In this document: positions 35,789 through 47,194 of the stretch, in pieces | How positions within the stretch are numbered: position 1 is the stretch's first letter | Layout: each line of letters opens with the position of its first letter | From: Escherichia coli | GTDB taxonomy: Bacteria > Pseudomonadota > Gammaproteobacteria > Enterobacterales > Enterobacteriaceae | NCBI RefSeq assembly: GCF_030384885.1 | Contig: NZ_CP128613.1 | Direction: 5' to 3' (one strand) | Length of the DNA stretch: 64,000 bases | Position numbers and translations under genes: made by a program | The notes under the pieces: model-generated | Seen by the model: the letters and a program-made list of their open reading frames with translations, nothing else | Told to the model about the DNA's origin: nothing | Database searches by the model: none

Positions 35789-35835
35789 ATCCCGAAGAAG
35801 ATGTTTACTCTTGCACCCTGCGATTCAACATTTCA

Positions 35836-37209
35836 TTATTTTAATAACCGCACCCGGCACGTTTTTCCTTTAATCTTCCCGCCCTGTAACTGTTTCCATG
35901 CTTTATGAGCAACAGCCTGACGCACCGCAACATAGACATGCGCCGGATGCACGGCGATTTTGCCAATATCTGCGCCATCAAGCCCGATATCTCCTGTCAG
36001 CGCACCTAATACATCACCCGGGCGCATTTTGGCTTTTTTCCCGCCATCGATACATAACGTTGCCATTTCTGCTTCCAGCGGCACAATGGAACTATTAACT
36101 GGCGGCGTTTGCCAGTTAAGTTTTATCTGCAACATGTCAGAAATGATATTGGCCCGCTGTGCTTCTTCCGGGGCACAGAAACTGATCGCCAGACCGCTAT
36201 TTCCTGCACGCGCTGTACGCCCGATGCGATGTACATGAACTTCAGGGTCCCACGCCAGTTCAAAGTTCACTACCAGCTCAAGCGATTTAATATCAAGACC
36301 ACGCGCAGCAACATCCGTCGCAACCAGCACACGAGCGCTACCGTTAGCAAAACGTACCAGGGTCTGATCGCGGTCACGTTGCTCCAGATCGCCATGTAAC
36401 GACAATGCACTTTGCCCTATGTCATTCAGCGCGTCGCAGACAGCCTGACAATCTTTTTTGGTATTGCAAAACACCACGCAAGAGGATGGCTGATGCAAAC
36501 TTAATAACCGTTGCAACAGCGGAATTTTGCCTTTGCTGGATGTCTCATAAAATTGTTGTTCAATGGGAGGCAGAGCATCTGTTGAGTCAATTTCAATCGC
36601 CAATGGATCGCGTTGCACTCGTCCGCTGATTGCGGTGATGGCTTCCGGCCAGGTTGCCGAAAACAGAAGCGTCTGTCGAGATGCTGGCGCAAAACGGATA
36701 ACATCATCAATGGCATCGCTAAATCCCATATCCAGCATGCGATCGGCTTCATCCATCACCAGCATATTCAACGCATCCAGTGATACCGTGCCTTTTTGCA
36801 GATGGTCCAGCAAACGACCCGGGGTTGCCACGATAATATGCGGCGCATGTTGCAACGAATCACGCTGCATACCGAACGGTTGACCACCGCACAAAGTCAA
36901 AATTTTGGTATTTGGCAGAAAACGCGCCAGCCGACGCAATTCACCTGCCACCTGATCCGCCAGTTCACGCGTAGGGCACAGCACTAAAGCCTGGGTCTGA
37001 AATAGCGACGCATCAATTTTCTGTAGCAGCCCGAGGCCAAAAGCCGCCGTTTTGCCGCTGCCGGTTTTCGCCTGCACGCGAACATCTTTTCCGGCAAGGA
37101 TCGCCGGAAGCGCGGCGGCCTGCACCGGCGTCATAGTTAAATAACCCAACTCATTAAGGTTCGTGAGTTGGGCGGGAGGCAAAACATTCAGGGTAGAAAA
37201 AGCGGTCAC
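35836..37209 (-). CDS. dbpA: ATP-dependent DEAD-box RNA helicase DbpA
   Basis: 457-aa ORF, GTG start; Q-motif, Walker A AKTGSGKT, DEAD box VMDEAD, SAT. Confidence 0.93.
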   Translation of the reverse strand: MTAFSTLNVLPPAQLTNLNELGYLTMTPVQAAALPAILAGKDVRVQAKTGSGKTAAFGLGLLQKIDASLFQTQALVLCPTRELADQVAGELRRLARFLPNTKILTLCGGQPFGMQRDSLQHAPHIIVATPGRLLDHLQKGTVSLDALNMLVMDEADRMLDMGFSDAIDDVIRFAPASRQTLLFSATWPEAITAISGRVQRDPLAIEIDSTDALPPIEQQFYETSSKGKIPLLQRLLSLHQPSSCVVFCNTKKDCQAVCDALNDIGQSALSLHGDLEQRDRDQTLVRFANGSARVLVATDVAARGLDIKSLELVVNFELAWDPEVHVHRIGRTARAGNSGLAISFCAPEEAQRANIISDMLQIKLNWQTPPVNSSIVPLEAEMATLCIDGGKKAKMRPGDVLGALTGDIGLDGADIGKIAVHPAHVYVAVRQAVAHKAWKQLQGGKIKGKTCRVRLLK

Positions 37210-37239
37210 AATCTGTTCTCGTGGTCATCGACGCAAAAA

Positions 37240-37413
37240 TTAGCAAGCGCGTATCCTCGCAGATCTACGCTCACGATGCGACAATTTAATCGGTTCTTCA
37301 TCGGGTGGTGGGTCAGGCATGGGTTGCGGGCGAGGGATTGGATCGGGCACTGGAACAGGATCGCCAGGAATCGGTTCAGGGACAGGAATTTGCAAATAAA
37401 TGAGTGTCGTCAT
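37240..37413 (-). CDS. 57-aa proline-rich small protein upstream of dbpA (absent from the ORF track)
   Basis: ATG at 37413 preceded by GGAGGG with ~5 nt spacing; hand translation MTTLIYLQIPVPEPIPGDPVPVPDPIPRPQPMPDPPPDEEPIKLSHRERRSARIRAC*; stop 28 nt before the dbpA start. Confidence 0.5.
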   Translation of the reverse strand: MTTLIYLQIPVPEPIPGDPVPVPDPIPRPQPMPDPPPDEEPIKLSHRERRSARIRAC

Positions 37414-37470
37414 ATTTCCCTCCGGTCATTGGGTGGACTCTTAAAGGGTAGACGCTGATATATAACAGGC

Positions 37471-37592
37471 AAAAAAAAGCCGACTCATCAAAGTCGGCGT
37501 CGTACGAATCAATTGTGCTATGCAGTAATTCAAAAAAGGAAGTAAGACAATATGGAGCGCAACGCCCATCGCTTGACGTTGCATTCACCTGC
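37471..37592 (-). ncRNA. fnrS: FnrS sRNA (FNR-activated, Hfq-dependent)
   Basis: Reverse complement matches the recalled FnrS sequence GCAGGTGAATGCAACGTCAAGCGATGGGCG...GACGCCGACTTTGATGAGTCGGCTTTTTTTT, with its terminator. Confidence 0.85.
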
Positions 37593-37627
37593 AAGAGAGA
37601 TATTGCCCTGAATGGGTAGAGAGTTTA

Positions 37628-37641
37628 TTGACTTCGCTCAA
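37628..37641. promoter_or_regulatory. FNR-binding site of the fnrS promoter
   Basis: TTGACttcgCTCAA, close to the FNR consensus TTGAT-N4-ATCAA, centred about 42 bp upstream of the inferred FnrS 5' end. Confidence 0.65.
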
Positions 37642-37687
37642 ACTTTGCGGCGTTTTTGTATACAGATAGTAGGGAAAATTGCTGTTG

Positions 37688-38692
<1,005 letters not shown>

Positions 38693-38925
38693 TTATTTTG
38701 TAGTCTAGCCTTCTGGCCCTGTTACGCAACATCTCATCACCCCATTACCCTGAAATGATTAATAAAATTCTGTCTAAATTGAATACAAAAAGCAAAATGC
38801 TTTTCCATATACAAACCGTGTGAAGTGTTAAATAGCGTCTATCATTATCAGAATTATCTGATCATATGACGTGGCTTTATTGCGATCGGATAGCAACAAA
38901 AATTGATAAAAATAACGGGATCTCA

Positions 38926-40158
38926 ATGATTACGCACAACTTCAATACCCTGGACTTACTCACCAGTCCTGTCTGGATCGTTTCGCCCTTTGAGGAACAG
39001 TTAATTTATGCCAACAGCGCGGCGCGACTGTTGATGCAAGACCTCACGTTTAGTCAGCTACGAACCGGTCCCTATTCCGTCTCCTCACAAAAAGAACTGC
39101 CGAAATACCTCTCCGATCTGCAAAACCAACACGATATTATCGAAATCCTCACCGTTCAACGTAAAGAAGAGGAAACAGCATTAAGCTGTCGGCTTGTTTT
39201 GCGAGAGCTGACAGAAGCAGAACCGGTGATTATTTTCGAAGGTATCGAAGCACCGGCAACGCTGGGTTTAAAAGCCAGTCGCTCGGCAAATTATCAGCGC
39301 AAAAAACAAGGTTTTTATGCGCGCTTTTTTCTGACTAACTCTGCACCAATGTTGTTGATTGACCCCTCACGAGATGGCCAAATCGTCGATGCTAACCTCG
39401 CCGCGCTCAATTTCTATGGTTATAACCATGAAACGATGTGCCAGAAACATACCTGGGAAATTAATATGCTCGGGCGTCGCGTCATGCCTATCATGCATGA
39501 AATCTCGCATTTACCCGGTGGTCATAAGCCTTTGAATTTTGTTCATAAACTGGCGGATGGTTCGACTCGTCATGTGCAGACCTATGCTGGGCCGATTGAA
39601 ATTTATGGCGACAAGCTCATGTTATGTATTGTGCATGATATTACGGAGCAAAAACGGCTGGAGGAGCAGCTGGAACATGCTGCCCACCATGACGCGATGA
39701 CCGGATTACTGAATCGGCGCCAGTTTTATCACATTACCGAGCCAGGCCAAATGCAGCACCTCGCCATCACTCAGGATTACAGCTTATTGCTCATCGACAC
39801 CGATCGTTTTAAACACATTAACGATCTCTATGGGCATTCTAAAGGTGATGAGGTGTTATGCGCCCTCGCCCGCACTCTCGAAAGTTGCGCTCGCAAAGGC
39901 GATTTGGTGTTTCGTTGGGGAGGCGAAGAGTTTGTCTTATTGCTACCAAGAACCCCACTGGATACCGCGCTTTCGCTGGCTGAAACTATCCGCGTAAGCG
40001 TGACAAAAGTGAGTATTTCGGGCTTACCACGCTTTACCGTCAGCATTGGTGTGGCGCATCACGAAGGAAATGAAAGCATCGATGAACTGTTTAAACGCGT
40101 TGATGATGCTTTGTATCGGGCGAAAAATGATGGACGCAACCGCGTGCTGGCGGCATAA
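38926..40158 (+). CDS. dgcM: diguanylate cyclase DgcM (PAS-GGDEF)
   Basis: 410-aa ORF starting MITHNFNTLDLL; GGDEF active site RWGGEEF; the listed ORF carries a 20-codon upstream extension. Confidence 0.9.
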   Translation: MITHNFNTLDLLTSPVWIVSPFEEQLIYANSAARLLMQDLTFSQLRTGPYSVSSQKELPKYLSDLQNQHDIIEILTVQRKEEETALSCRLVLRELTEAEPVIIFEGIEAPATLGLKASRSANYQRKKQGFYARFFLTNSAPMLLIDPSRDGQIVDANLAALNFYGYNHETMCQKHTWEINMLGRRVMPIMHEISHLPGGHKPLNFVHKLADGSTRHVQTYAGPIEIYGDKLMLCIVHDITEQKRLEEQLEHAAHHDAMTGLLNRRQFYHITEPGQMQHLAITQDYSLLLIDTDRFKHINDLYGHSKGDEVLCALARTLESCARKGDLVFRWGGEEFVLLLPRTPLDTALSLAETIRVSVTKVSISGLPRFTVSIGVAHHEGNESIDELFKRVDDALYRAKNDGRNRVLAA

Positions 40159-40178
40159 GCCGCGGATGCGTCTCGAGA

Positions 40179-40742
40179 TCAACGACTGCGCTTAGCGTGG
40201 CGCTCCCAGTTTTCTTGCTTTGCCTGCGCCGTTTTACGTAGTGCGACGTAACACGCCCCGCTGCCGCCATGATGCGGTAGCGCGGTACAATATGCCTGGA
40301 CATCATCAAATTCGGTCAACCAGCGCGCCACATAGCTGCGGACAATATTGGCATGCGATTTATCTTCCCGCCCTTTACCATGAATAATCAGCACATTACG
40401 CAAACCATCCGCCAGGGCTTGTTGAATGAAACTGAACACCATTTTGCGGCACTCTTCCACCGGCTGGCGCAAAAGATTCAGGCTCGCCTGTTGCGGATAT
40501 TTACCACTGCGCAGCTTATCCAGCACCCCATGTTGCAACCCTTCCCGCCGAAACTCCAGCGGCTGGCTTAGCGGGATGATGTCGAGAAATCCGGTGGTGA
40601 GGAAATTATCAAGTTGCAGCGTGTCGATACGCTGCGGCGCACGTTGGTTACGCGTTGGATGCCAGTGGACATCTGTAGCACGTTTCAGCGGCTGGACATC
40701 TTCCATGGCGTCAAGAAACAGCGATTTGTCGTCAAGGTTCAT
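40179..40742 (-). CDS. smrA: Smr-domain DNA endonuclease SmrA
   Basis: 187-aa ORF with Smr domain (LIIHGKGR). Confidence 0.85.
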   Translation of the reverse strand: MNLDDKSLFLDAMEDVQPLKRATDVHWHPTRNQRAPQRIDTLQLDNFLTTGFLDIIPLSQPLEFRREGLQHGVLDKLRSGKYPQQASLNLLRQPVEECRKMVFSFIQQALADGLRNVLIIHGKGREDKSHANIVRSYVARWLTEFDDVQAYCTALPHHGGSGACYVALRKTAQAKQENWERHAKRSR

Positions 40743-40969
40743 GTTACATCCTCCCGCAATTAAGAGCGCGATATGATAACCAGACCGGGTCGGTCCAACA
40801 ACGTATTACCCAAAATTCCAGTAATAAGTTCCAAATGTTGCCGATATTTTAAGCAAAATGCTTATGCATGATTATTCATTCACGATATTAATAATGTAAC
40901 TTATATTTTCGTGAAATCTGTCACTGAAGAAAATTGGCAACTAAAGGTTAAAACCGTTATAACACAGTC

Positions 40970-41063
40970 ACCGGCGCAGAGGAGACCATGCCGGATTTAA
41001 GACGCGGATGCACTGCTGTGTGTACTGTAGAGTCTGGCGGATGTCGACAGACTCTATTTTTTT
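40970..41063 (+). ncRNA. mcaS: McaS sRNA (formerly IsrA/IS061)
   Basis: Matches the recalled McaS sequence ACCGGCGCAGAGGAGAC...GTAGAGTCTGGCGGATGTCGACAGACTCTATTTTTTTAT with terminal hairpin and T-run. Confidence 0.8.
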
Positions 41064-41071
41064 ATGCAGTT

Positions 41072-41980
41072 TTAACTTTGCAGATAGCCGCATTCTCGCC
41101 GAAATTGCGTGATTAATGACGCGGTCAGTGGTGTCTGGCGACTATCACGCCGCTGAATCAAATAATAGGCCGCTTTCGGTAAAATTTCGCTAACCGGCAA
41201 CATCACCAGCCCCTGTCCGTGCAAGGGATCGCAGCCCATTTCTTCAGGTAGTATGCTGAGAAAATCGCTTTTTGCCACCAGACTGATACAGGCTGAAAAC
41301 GTCTCGCAGACTACGCCGACCTGTGGCGTTTGCGCCTGATCGTCAAGCAATTCACTCAACTGTTTGTAGTAGCTGCCGTGTGGCGTCGGCATTGTCCAGC
41401 TGTAGTCCAGTAACTGTTTGATCGAACGGGCACCAATGGCGGGATGTCCCGGGCGGCAAAAGATCGCGAATTGCTTTTCCAGTAATTTCTCAAAAGTAAA
41501 TTCGTGGTCGTAGGGTCCCTGATAATAGGTATTGATGGTGAAATCCAGTTCTCCCTGGCGCAATTCATTAATCATCGACACCAGTTGCCCTTCCATAATG
41601 CGTACTTTTACCTGCGGATGCTGCTGATGAAAACGAGATATGACAGCTGGCATCAGACTGCGGGAAATACTGGCCCCCATGCCGATATTAATTTGCCCTG
41701 CCAGTTGCCCTTGTCGTTGGCGAATATCCTCTTGCGCTGCGCGCAGCTCTTCAAGAATAAGACTGGCGTGCTGATAAAAACTTTCGCCGGCATCAGTTAA
41801 CGTCACGCCTTTACTACGGCGAAAAAAGAGTTGCGCCGCTAACCCTTCTTCCAGCTCCTGAATAGATTTACTCAGTGCCGGTTGCGACATATTCAACATG
41901 CGGCTCGCTCCGCGAATGCTGCCCTGACGAGCCACTTCAACAAAAGCCCGAATTTGATGAATTTTTACCTGAAAAGCCAT
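41072..41980 (-). CDS. abgR: LysR-type transcriptional regulator AbgR
   Basis: 302-aa ORF with N-terminal LysR helix-turn-helix; divergent from abgA. Confidence 0.9.
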   Translation of the reverse strand: MAFQVKIHQIRAFVEVARQGSIRGASRMLNMSQPALSKSIQELEEGLAAQLFFRRSKGVTLTDAGESFYQHASLILEELRAAQEDIRQRQGQLAGQINIGMGASISRSLMPAVISRFHQQHPQVKVRIMEGQLVSMINELRQGELDFTINTYYQGPYDHEFTFEKLLEKQFAIFCRPGHPAIGARSIKQLLDYSWTMPTPHGSYYKQLSELLDDQAQTPQVGVVCETFSACISLVAKSDFLSILPEEMGCDPLHGQGLVMLPVSEILPKAAYYLIQRRDSRQTPLTASLITQFRRECGYLQS

Positions 41981-42155
41981 GACGCCACCGATAACCGTTA
42001 TTTATCAGACCAAAGAAACTGGCATCTACTTTAATGCAGATGATTATGTCAGGGTAATTTATGAACGGTTAAAACTGTGAAAAATCAGTTAGTGATAAGT
42101 AAAAACTATCGCTACGTGAACCGGGTCACACTTTTTACTGATGACGGGAAAGGTT

Positions 42156-43466
42156 ATGGAGTCTTTGAATCAATTTATTAATTCGCTTGCCCCAAAATTA
42201 TCGCACTGGCGACGTGATTTTCACCACTATGCAGAGTCTGGCTGGGTGGAATTCCGCACTGCCACCCTTGTTGCGGAAGAATTGCACCAGCTCGGTTATT
42301 CACTGGCGCTGGGCCGCGAAGTCGTTAATGAAAGTAGCCGGATGGGATTACCTGATGAATTCACTCTACAACGCGAATTCGAGCGCGCTCGTCAACAGGG
42401 GGCGCTAGAACAATGGATTGCGGCTTTTGAAGGCGGTTTCACTGGCATCGTCGCCACCCTGGATACCGGTCGCCCCGGTCCGGTGATGGCTTTCCGTGTC
42501 GATATGGACGCGCTGGATCTCAGTGAAGAACGGGATGTCAGCCATCGCCCCTACCGCGACGGTTTTGCGTCATGTAACGCCGGAATGATGCATGCCTGTG
42601 GTCATGATGGACATACCGCTATTGGGCTTGGGCTGGCGCACACCCTTAAACAGTTCGAGTCCGGACTTCACGGCGTCATCAAACTGATTTTTCAGCCTGC
42701 AGAGGAAGGTACGCGTGGCGCGCGGGCGATGGTCGATGCAGGTGTAGTGGATGATGTTGATTATTTTACTGCTGTGCACATTGGCACTGGTGTACCTGCG
42801 GGCACAGTAGTGTGCGGCAGTGATAATTTTATGGCAACAACCAAATTTGACGCGTACTTCACCGGGACCGCCGCTCACGCAGGCGCAAAACCAGAAGATG
42901 GTCACAATGCCTTACTGGCGGCAGCACAAGCAACTCTTGCACTGCATGCAATCGCCCCGCACAGCGAAGGCGCTTCCAGAGTAAACGTGGGCGTTATGCA
43001 GGCAGGAAGCGGTCGTAATGTGGTTCCTGCCTCGGCGTTGCTGAAAGTTGAAACTCGAGGGGTCAGCGACGTCATCAATCAATATGTTTTTGACCGTGCA
43101 CAACAAGCGATTCAGGGCGCAGCAGCCATGTATGGTGTCGGCGTTGAAACTCGGCTGATGGGTGCAGCTACCGCCAGTTCTCCTTCGCCGCAATGGGTCG
43201 CATGGTTACAAAGCCAGGCGGCTCAGGTCGCGGGGGTCAATCAGGCCATTGAACGTGTTGAAGCGCCTGCGGGTTCCGAAGATGCCACATTAATGATGGC
43301 CCGCGTGCAGCGACATCAAGGGCAAGCCTCCTACATGGTATTTGGCACACAGCTGGCGGCAGGTCATCACAACGAAAAATTCGATTTTGACGAGCAGGTT
43401 CTCGCTATTGCCGTCGAAACGCTGGCGCGCACCGCGCTTAATTTTCCCTGGACGCGAGGTATCTGA
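42156..43466 (+). CDS. abgA: p-aminobenzoyl-glutamate hydrolase subunit A (M20 peptidase)
   Basis: 436-aa ORF starting MESLNQFINSL; M20 metal-binding motif MHACGHDGH. Confidence 0.9.
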   Translation: MESLNQFINSLAPKLSHWRRDFHHYAESGWVEFRTATLVAEELHQLGYSLALGREVVNESSRMGLPDEFTLQREFERARQQGALEQWIAAFEGGFTGIVATLDTGRPGPVMAFRVDMDALDLSEERDVSHRPYRDGFASCNAGMMHACGHDGHTAIGLGLAHTLKQFESGLHGVIKLIFQPAEEGTRGARAMVDAGVVDDVDYFTAVHIGTGVPAGTVVCGSDNFMATTKFDAYFTGTAAHAGAKPEDGHNALLAAAQATLALHAIAPHSEGASRVNVGVMQAGSGRNVVPASALLKVETRGVSDVINQYVFDRAQQAIQGAAAMYGVGVETRLMGAATASSPSPQWVAWLQSQAAQVAGVNQAIERVEAPAGSEDATLMMARVQRHQGQASYMVFGTQLAAGHHNEKFDFDEQVLAIAVETLARTALNFPWTRGI

Positions 43467-44911
43467 TGCAGGAAATCTATCGTTTTATCGACGATGCGAT
43501 TGAAGCCGATCGCCAACGTTATACCGATATTGCTGATCAAATCTGGGATCATCCAGAAACACGTTTTGAAGAGTTCTGGTCAGCGGAACATCTGGCTTCG
43601 GCGCTGGAATCTGCAGGCTTCACCGTGACTCGCAACGTAGGCAATATCCCAAATGCCTTTATTGCTTCGTTTGGTCAAGACAAACCGGTTATCGCCTTGC
43701 TGGGGGAATATGACGCCCTGGCAGGTTTAAGTCAGCAAGCAGGTTGCGCGCAGCCTACATCCACGACGCCCGGTGAAAATGGTCACGGTTGCGGACACAA
43801 TTTGCTGGGAACCGCCGCTTTTGCCGCAGCAATAGCCGTCAAGAAATGGCTGGAACAATATGGGCAAGGCGGCACGGTGCGCTTTTATGGTTGTCCTGGC
43901 GAAGAAGGCGGCTCGGGAAAAACGTTCATGGTCCGCGAGGGGTTATTTGATGATGTGGATGCGGCACTCACCTGGCACCCGGAAGCCTTTGCCGGTATGT
44001 TCAATACCCGCACGCTGGCAAATATTCAAGCATCATGGCGCTTTAAAGGGATCGCAGCACATGCTGCAAATTCCCCTCATTTGGGACGCAGCGCCCTTGA
44101 TGCCGTAACGTTGATGACCACTGGCACCAACTTCCTCAACGAACATATTATTGAAAAAGCGCGCGTACACTATGCCATCACAGATAGCGGCGGGATCTCG
44201 CCCAACGTGGTCCAGGCGCAGGCAGAAGTGCTTTATCTTATCCGCGCCCCCGAAATGACCGATGTGCAGCATATTTATGATCGGGTCGCCAAAATCGCCG
44301 AAGGTGCGGCATTGATGACCGAAACCACGGTTGAATGCCGCTTTGACAAAGCCTGTTCCAGTTATCTCCCGAATCGCACCTTAGAAAATGCCATGTACCA
44401 GGCCCTATCCCATTTTGGTACTCCGGAATGGAACTGCGAAGAACTGGCTTTTGCGAAACAAATTCAGGCTACGCTCACCCCCAACGATCGGCAAAACAGT
44501 CTGAATAATATCGCCGCAACCGGTGGCGAAAACGGCAAGGCTTTTGCACTACGTCATCGTGAAACGGTACTGGCGAATGAAGTCGCTCCATATGCCGCCA
44601 CCGATAACGTGCTTGCGGCATCAACTGATGTCGGCGACGTCAGTTGGAAACTGCCTGTTGCCCAGTGTTTCAGCCCCTGTTTCGCCGTCGGTACACCGCT
44701 ACATACGTGGCAACTGGTTAGCCAGGGGCGAACGTCTATTGCTCATAAAGGAATGCTGCTGGCGGCGAAAACTATAGCAGCAACCACACTTAATCTCTTC
44801 ATTGATTCAGGGCTATTGCAAGAATGCCAACAAGAGCATCAGCAAGTTACGGACACGCAACCGTATCACTGCCCTATTCCGAAAAACGTGACACCGTCAC
44901 CTTTAAAATAA
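43466..44911 (+). CDS. abgB: p-aminobenzoyl-glutamate hydrolase subunit B (M20 peptidase)
   Basis: 481-aa ORF; HGCGHNL motif; start overlaps the abgA stop. Confidence 0.9.
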   Translation: MQEIYRFIDDAIEADRQRYTDIADQIWDHPETRFEEFWSAEHLASALESAGFTVTRNVGNIPNAFIASFGQDKPVIALLGEYDALAGLSQQAGCAQPTSTTPGENGHGCGHNLLGTAAFAAAIAVKKWLEQYGQGGTVRFYGCPGEEGGSGKTFMVREGLFDDVDAALTWHPEAFAGMFNTRTLANIQASWRFKGIAAHAANSPHLGRSALDAVTLMTTGTNFLNEHIIEKARVHYAITDSGGISPNVVQAQAEVLYLIRAPEMTDVQHIYDRVAKIAEGAALMTETTVECRFDKACSSYLPNRTLENAMYQALSHFGTPEWNCEELAFAKQIQATLTPNDRQNSLNNIAATGGENGKAFALRHRETVLANEVAPYAATDNVLAASTDVGDVSWKLPVAQCFSPCFAVGTPLHTWQLVSQGRTSIAHKGMLLAAKTIAATTLNLFIDSGLLQECQQEHQQVTDTQPYHCPIPKNVTPSPLK

Positions 44912-44947
44912 CAACAACAACGCAAACACAACAATCGAGGAATGCCC

Positions 44948-46474
44948 ATGAGTATGTCATCCATACCGTCGTCCTCCCAATCCGGGAAGCTCTATGGCTG
45001 GGTCGAAAGAATTGGTAACAAGGTTCCCCATCCTTTTTTGCTCTTTATCTATTTGATTATCGTACTCATGGTGACGACGGCAATTTTGTCGGCCTTTGGC
45101 GTCAGTGCGAAAAACCCGACCGATGGTACACCAGTGGTCGTGAAAAACCTGCTCAGTGTGGAAGGATTACACTGGTTTTTACCCAATGTGATTAAAAACT
45201 TTAGCGGTTTTGCCCCACTAGGCGCGATCCTGGCGCTGGTTTTAGGTGCTGGTCTGGCGGAACGCGTCGGCTTACTGCCAGCGCTAATGGTTAAAATGGC
45301 ATCGCATGTTAATGCCCGCTATGCCAGTTATATGGTGTTGTTTATTGCTTTTTTTAGCCATATATCATCCGATGCGGCGTTAGTTATCATGCCACCGATG
45401 GGCGCATTGATTTTTCTGGCGGTGGGCAGGCATCCAGTGGCAGGTTTACTGGCCGCCATTGCAGGCGTCGGTTGCGGCTTTACGGCTAATTTACTGATTG
45501 TCACAACCGACGTGTTGCTGTCGGGGATCAGCACGGAGGCTGCGGCTGCGTTCAATCCGCAAATGCACGTCAGTGTAATTGATAACTGGTATTTTATGGC
45601 CAGCTCCGTAGTCGTACTGACGTTTGTTGGCGGCCTGATAACCGACAAAATCATTGAGCCACGGTTAGGTCAATGGCAGGGAAACAGCGATGAGAAACTG
45701 CAGACATTGACCGAAAGTCAGCGTTTTGGTTTACGCATATCAGGTGTCGTATCGCTACTTTTTATTGCCGCAATTGCGCTGATGGTGATCCCGGAAAATG
45801 GGATATTGCGCGATCCGATTAATCACACCGTGATGCCATCCCCCTTTATTAAAGGTATCGTGCCACTGATCATTCTCTTTTTCTTTGTGGTTTCGCTGGC
45901 TTATGGCATCGCTACCCGCACAATTCGACGTCAGGCGGATTTACCGCATTTAATGATTGAACCGATGAAAGAGATGGCGGGATTTATCGTGATGGTTTTT
46001 CCCCTGGCCCAGTTTGTCGCCATGTTTAACTGGAGCAACATGGGGAAATTCATCGCTGTGGGGCTGACCGATATACTCGAAAGTTCAGGGCTTAGCGGCA
46101 TCCCGGCGTTTGTCGGTCTGGCGTTGCTTTCCTCTTTCTTATGCATGTTTATCGCCAGCGGTTCCGCAATCTGGTCGATTCTGGCCCCCATTTTTGTACC
46201 AATGTTTATGCTACTTGGCTTTCACCCGGCATTTGCGCAAATCCTCTTTCGTATTGCCGACTCATCCGTATTGCCTTTAGCACCGGTATCTCCTTTTGTT
46301 CCACTGTTTCTTGGATTCCTGCAACGCTACAAACCAGACGCGAAACTGGGTACTTACTATTCGTTAGTTTTGCCCTATCCACTTATCTTTTTGGTGGTAT
46401 GGCTGCTGATGTTGCTGGCGTGGTATCTTGTCGGTCTGCCGATAGGTCCGGGGATTTACCCTCGTTTGTCTTAA
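44948..46474 (+). CDS. abgT: p-aminobenzoyl-glutamate transporter
   Basis: About 508-aa polytopic membrane ORF (AbgT family). Confidence 0.9.
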   Translation: MSMSSIPSSSQSGKLYGWVERIGNKVPHPFLLFIYLIIVLMVTTAILSAFGVSAKNPTDGTPVVVKNLLSVEGLHWFLPNVIKNFSGFAPLGAILALVLGAGLAERVGLLPALMVKMASHVNARYASYMVLFIAFFSHISSDAALVIMPPMGALIFLAVGRHPVAGLLAAIAGVGCGFTANLLIVTTDVLLSGISTEAAAAFNPQMHVSVIDNWYFMASSVVVLTFVGGLITDKIIEPRLGQWQGNSDEKLQTLTESQRFGLRISGVVSLLFIAAIALMVIPENGILRDPINHTVMPSPFIKGIVPLIILFFFVVSLAYGIATRTIRRQADLPHLMIEPMKEMAGFIVMVFPLAQFVAMFNWSNMGKFIAVGLTDILESSGLSGIPAFVGLALLSSFLCMFIASGSAIWSILAPIFVPMFMLLGFHPAFAQILFRIADSSVLPLAPVSPFVPLFLGFLQRYKPDAKLGTYYSLVLPYPLIFLVVWLLMLLAWYLVGLPIGPGIYPRLS

Positions 46475-46484
46475 GAGAGAACGG

Positions 46485-47000
46485 ATGCTGAGATTACTTG
46501 AAGAAAAAATTGCCACGCCACTAGGTCCACTGTGGGTGATTTGCGATGAGCAATTTCACTTGCGGGCGGTTGAATGGGAAGAGTACAGCGAACGCATGGT
46601 GCAGCTGCTGGACATCCATTACCGCAAAGAAGGCTATGAACGCATTTCTGCCACAAACCCAGGTGGTTTAAGCGACAAGCTTCGTGAATATTTTGCCGGT
46701 AATCTTAGCATTATTGATACGCTTCCCACTGCCACGGGGGGGACGCCATTTCAGCGCGAAGTCTGGAAAACATTACGCACAATCCCCTGCGGGCAGGTAA
46801 TGCATTACGGCCAACTGGCTAAACAATTGGGCCGCCCCGGCGCGGCGCGTGCCGTAGGTGCGGCAAATGGATCGAATCCCATCAGCATTGTTGTGCCTTG
46901 TCATCGGGTCATTGGCAGAAACGGTACCATGACCGGATATGCAGGCGGAGTTCAGCGAAAAGAGTGGTTATTACGCCACGAAGGTTATCTTTTGCTGTAA
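46485..47000 (+). CDS. ogt: O6-methylguanine-DNA methyltransferase
   Basis: 171-aa ORF with active-site PCHRVIG. Confidence 0.93.
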   Translation: MLRLLEEKIATPLGPLWVICDEQFHLRAVEWEEYSERMVQLLDIHYRKEGYERISATNPGGLSDKLREYFAGNLSIIDTLPTATGGTPFQREVWKTLRTIPCGQVMHYGQLAKQLGRPGAARAVGAANGSNPISIVVPCHRVIGRNGTMTGYAGGVQRKEWLLRHEGYLLL

Positions 47001-47161
47001 ACCTTATACAATTTGTGCCAGCTTGTTCACACTTTTATGTAAAGTTACCCTTAACAACTTAAGGGTTTTCAAATAGATAGACATATATTTACATCTAATA
47101 TCGGAATTCTCTGCTGTTAAGGTTTGCTTAGACTTACTTGCTCCCTAAAAAGATGTTAAAA

Positions 47162-47175
47162 TTGACAAATATCAA
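47162..47175. promoter_or_regulatory. FNR autoregulatory site in the fnr promoter
   Basis: TTGACaaatATCAA, a near-perfect FNR consensus, about 20 bp upstream of the fnr ATG. Confidence 0.7.
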
Positions 47176-47194
47176 TTACGGCTTGAGCAGACCT

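Noticed and set aside
34597-35836. Search for integrase or attachment-site remnants of Rac around ttcA
   Set aside because: No integrase-like ORF or phage gene fragments are present; only ttcA, terminators and a REP element, so the site is called empty rather than a degraded prophage.
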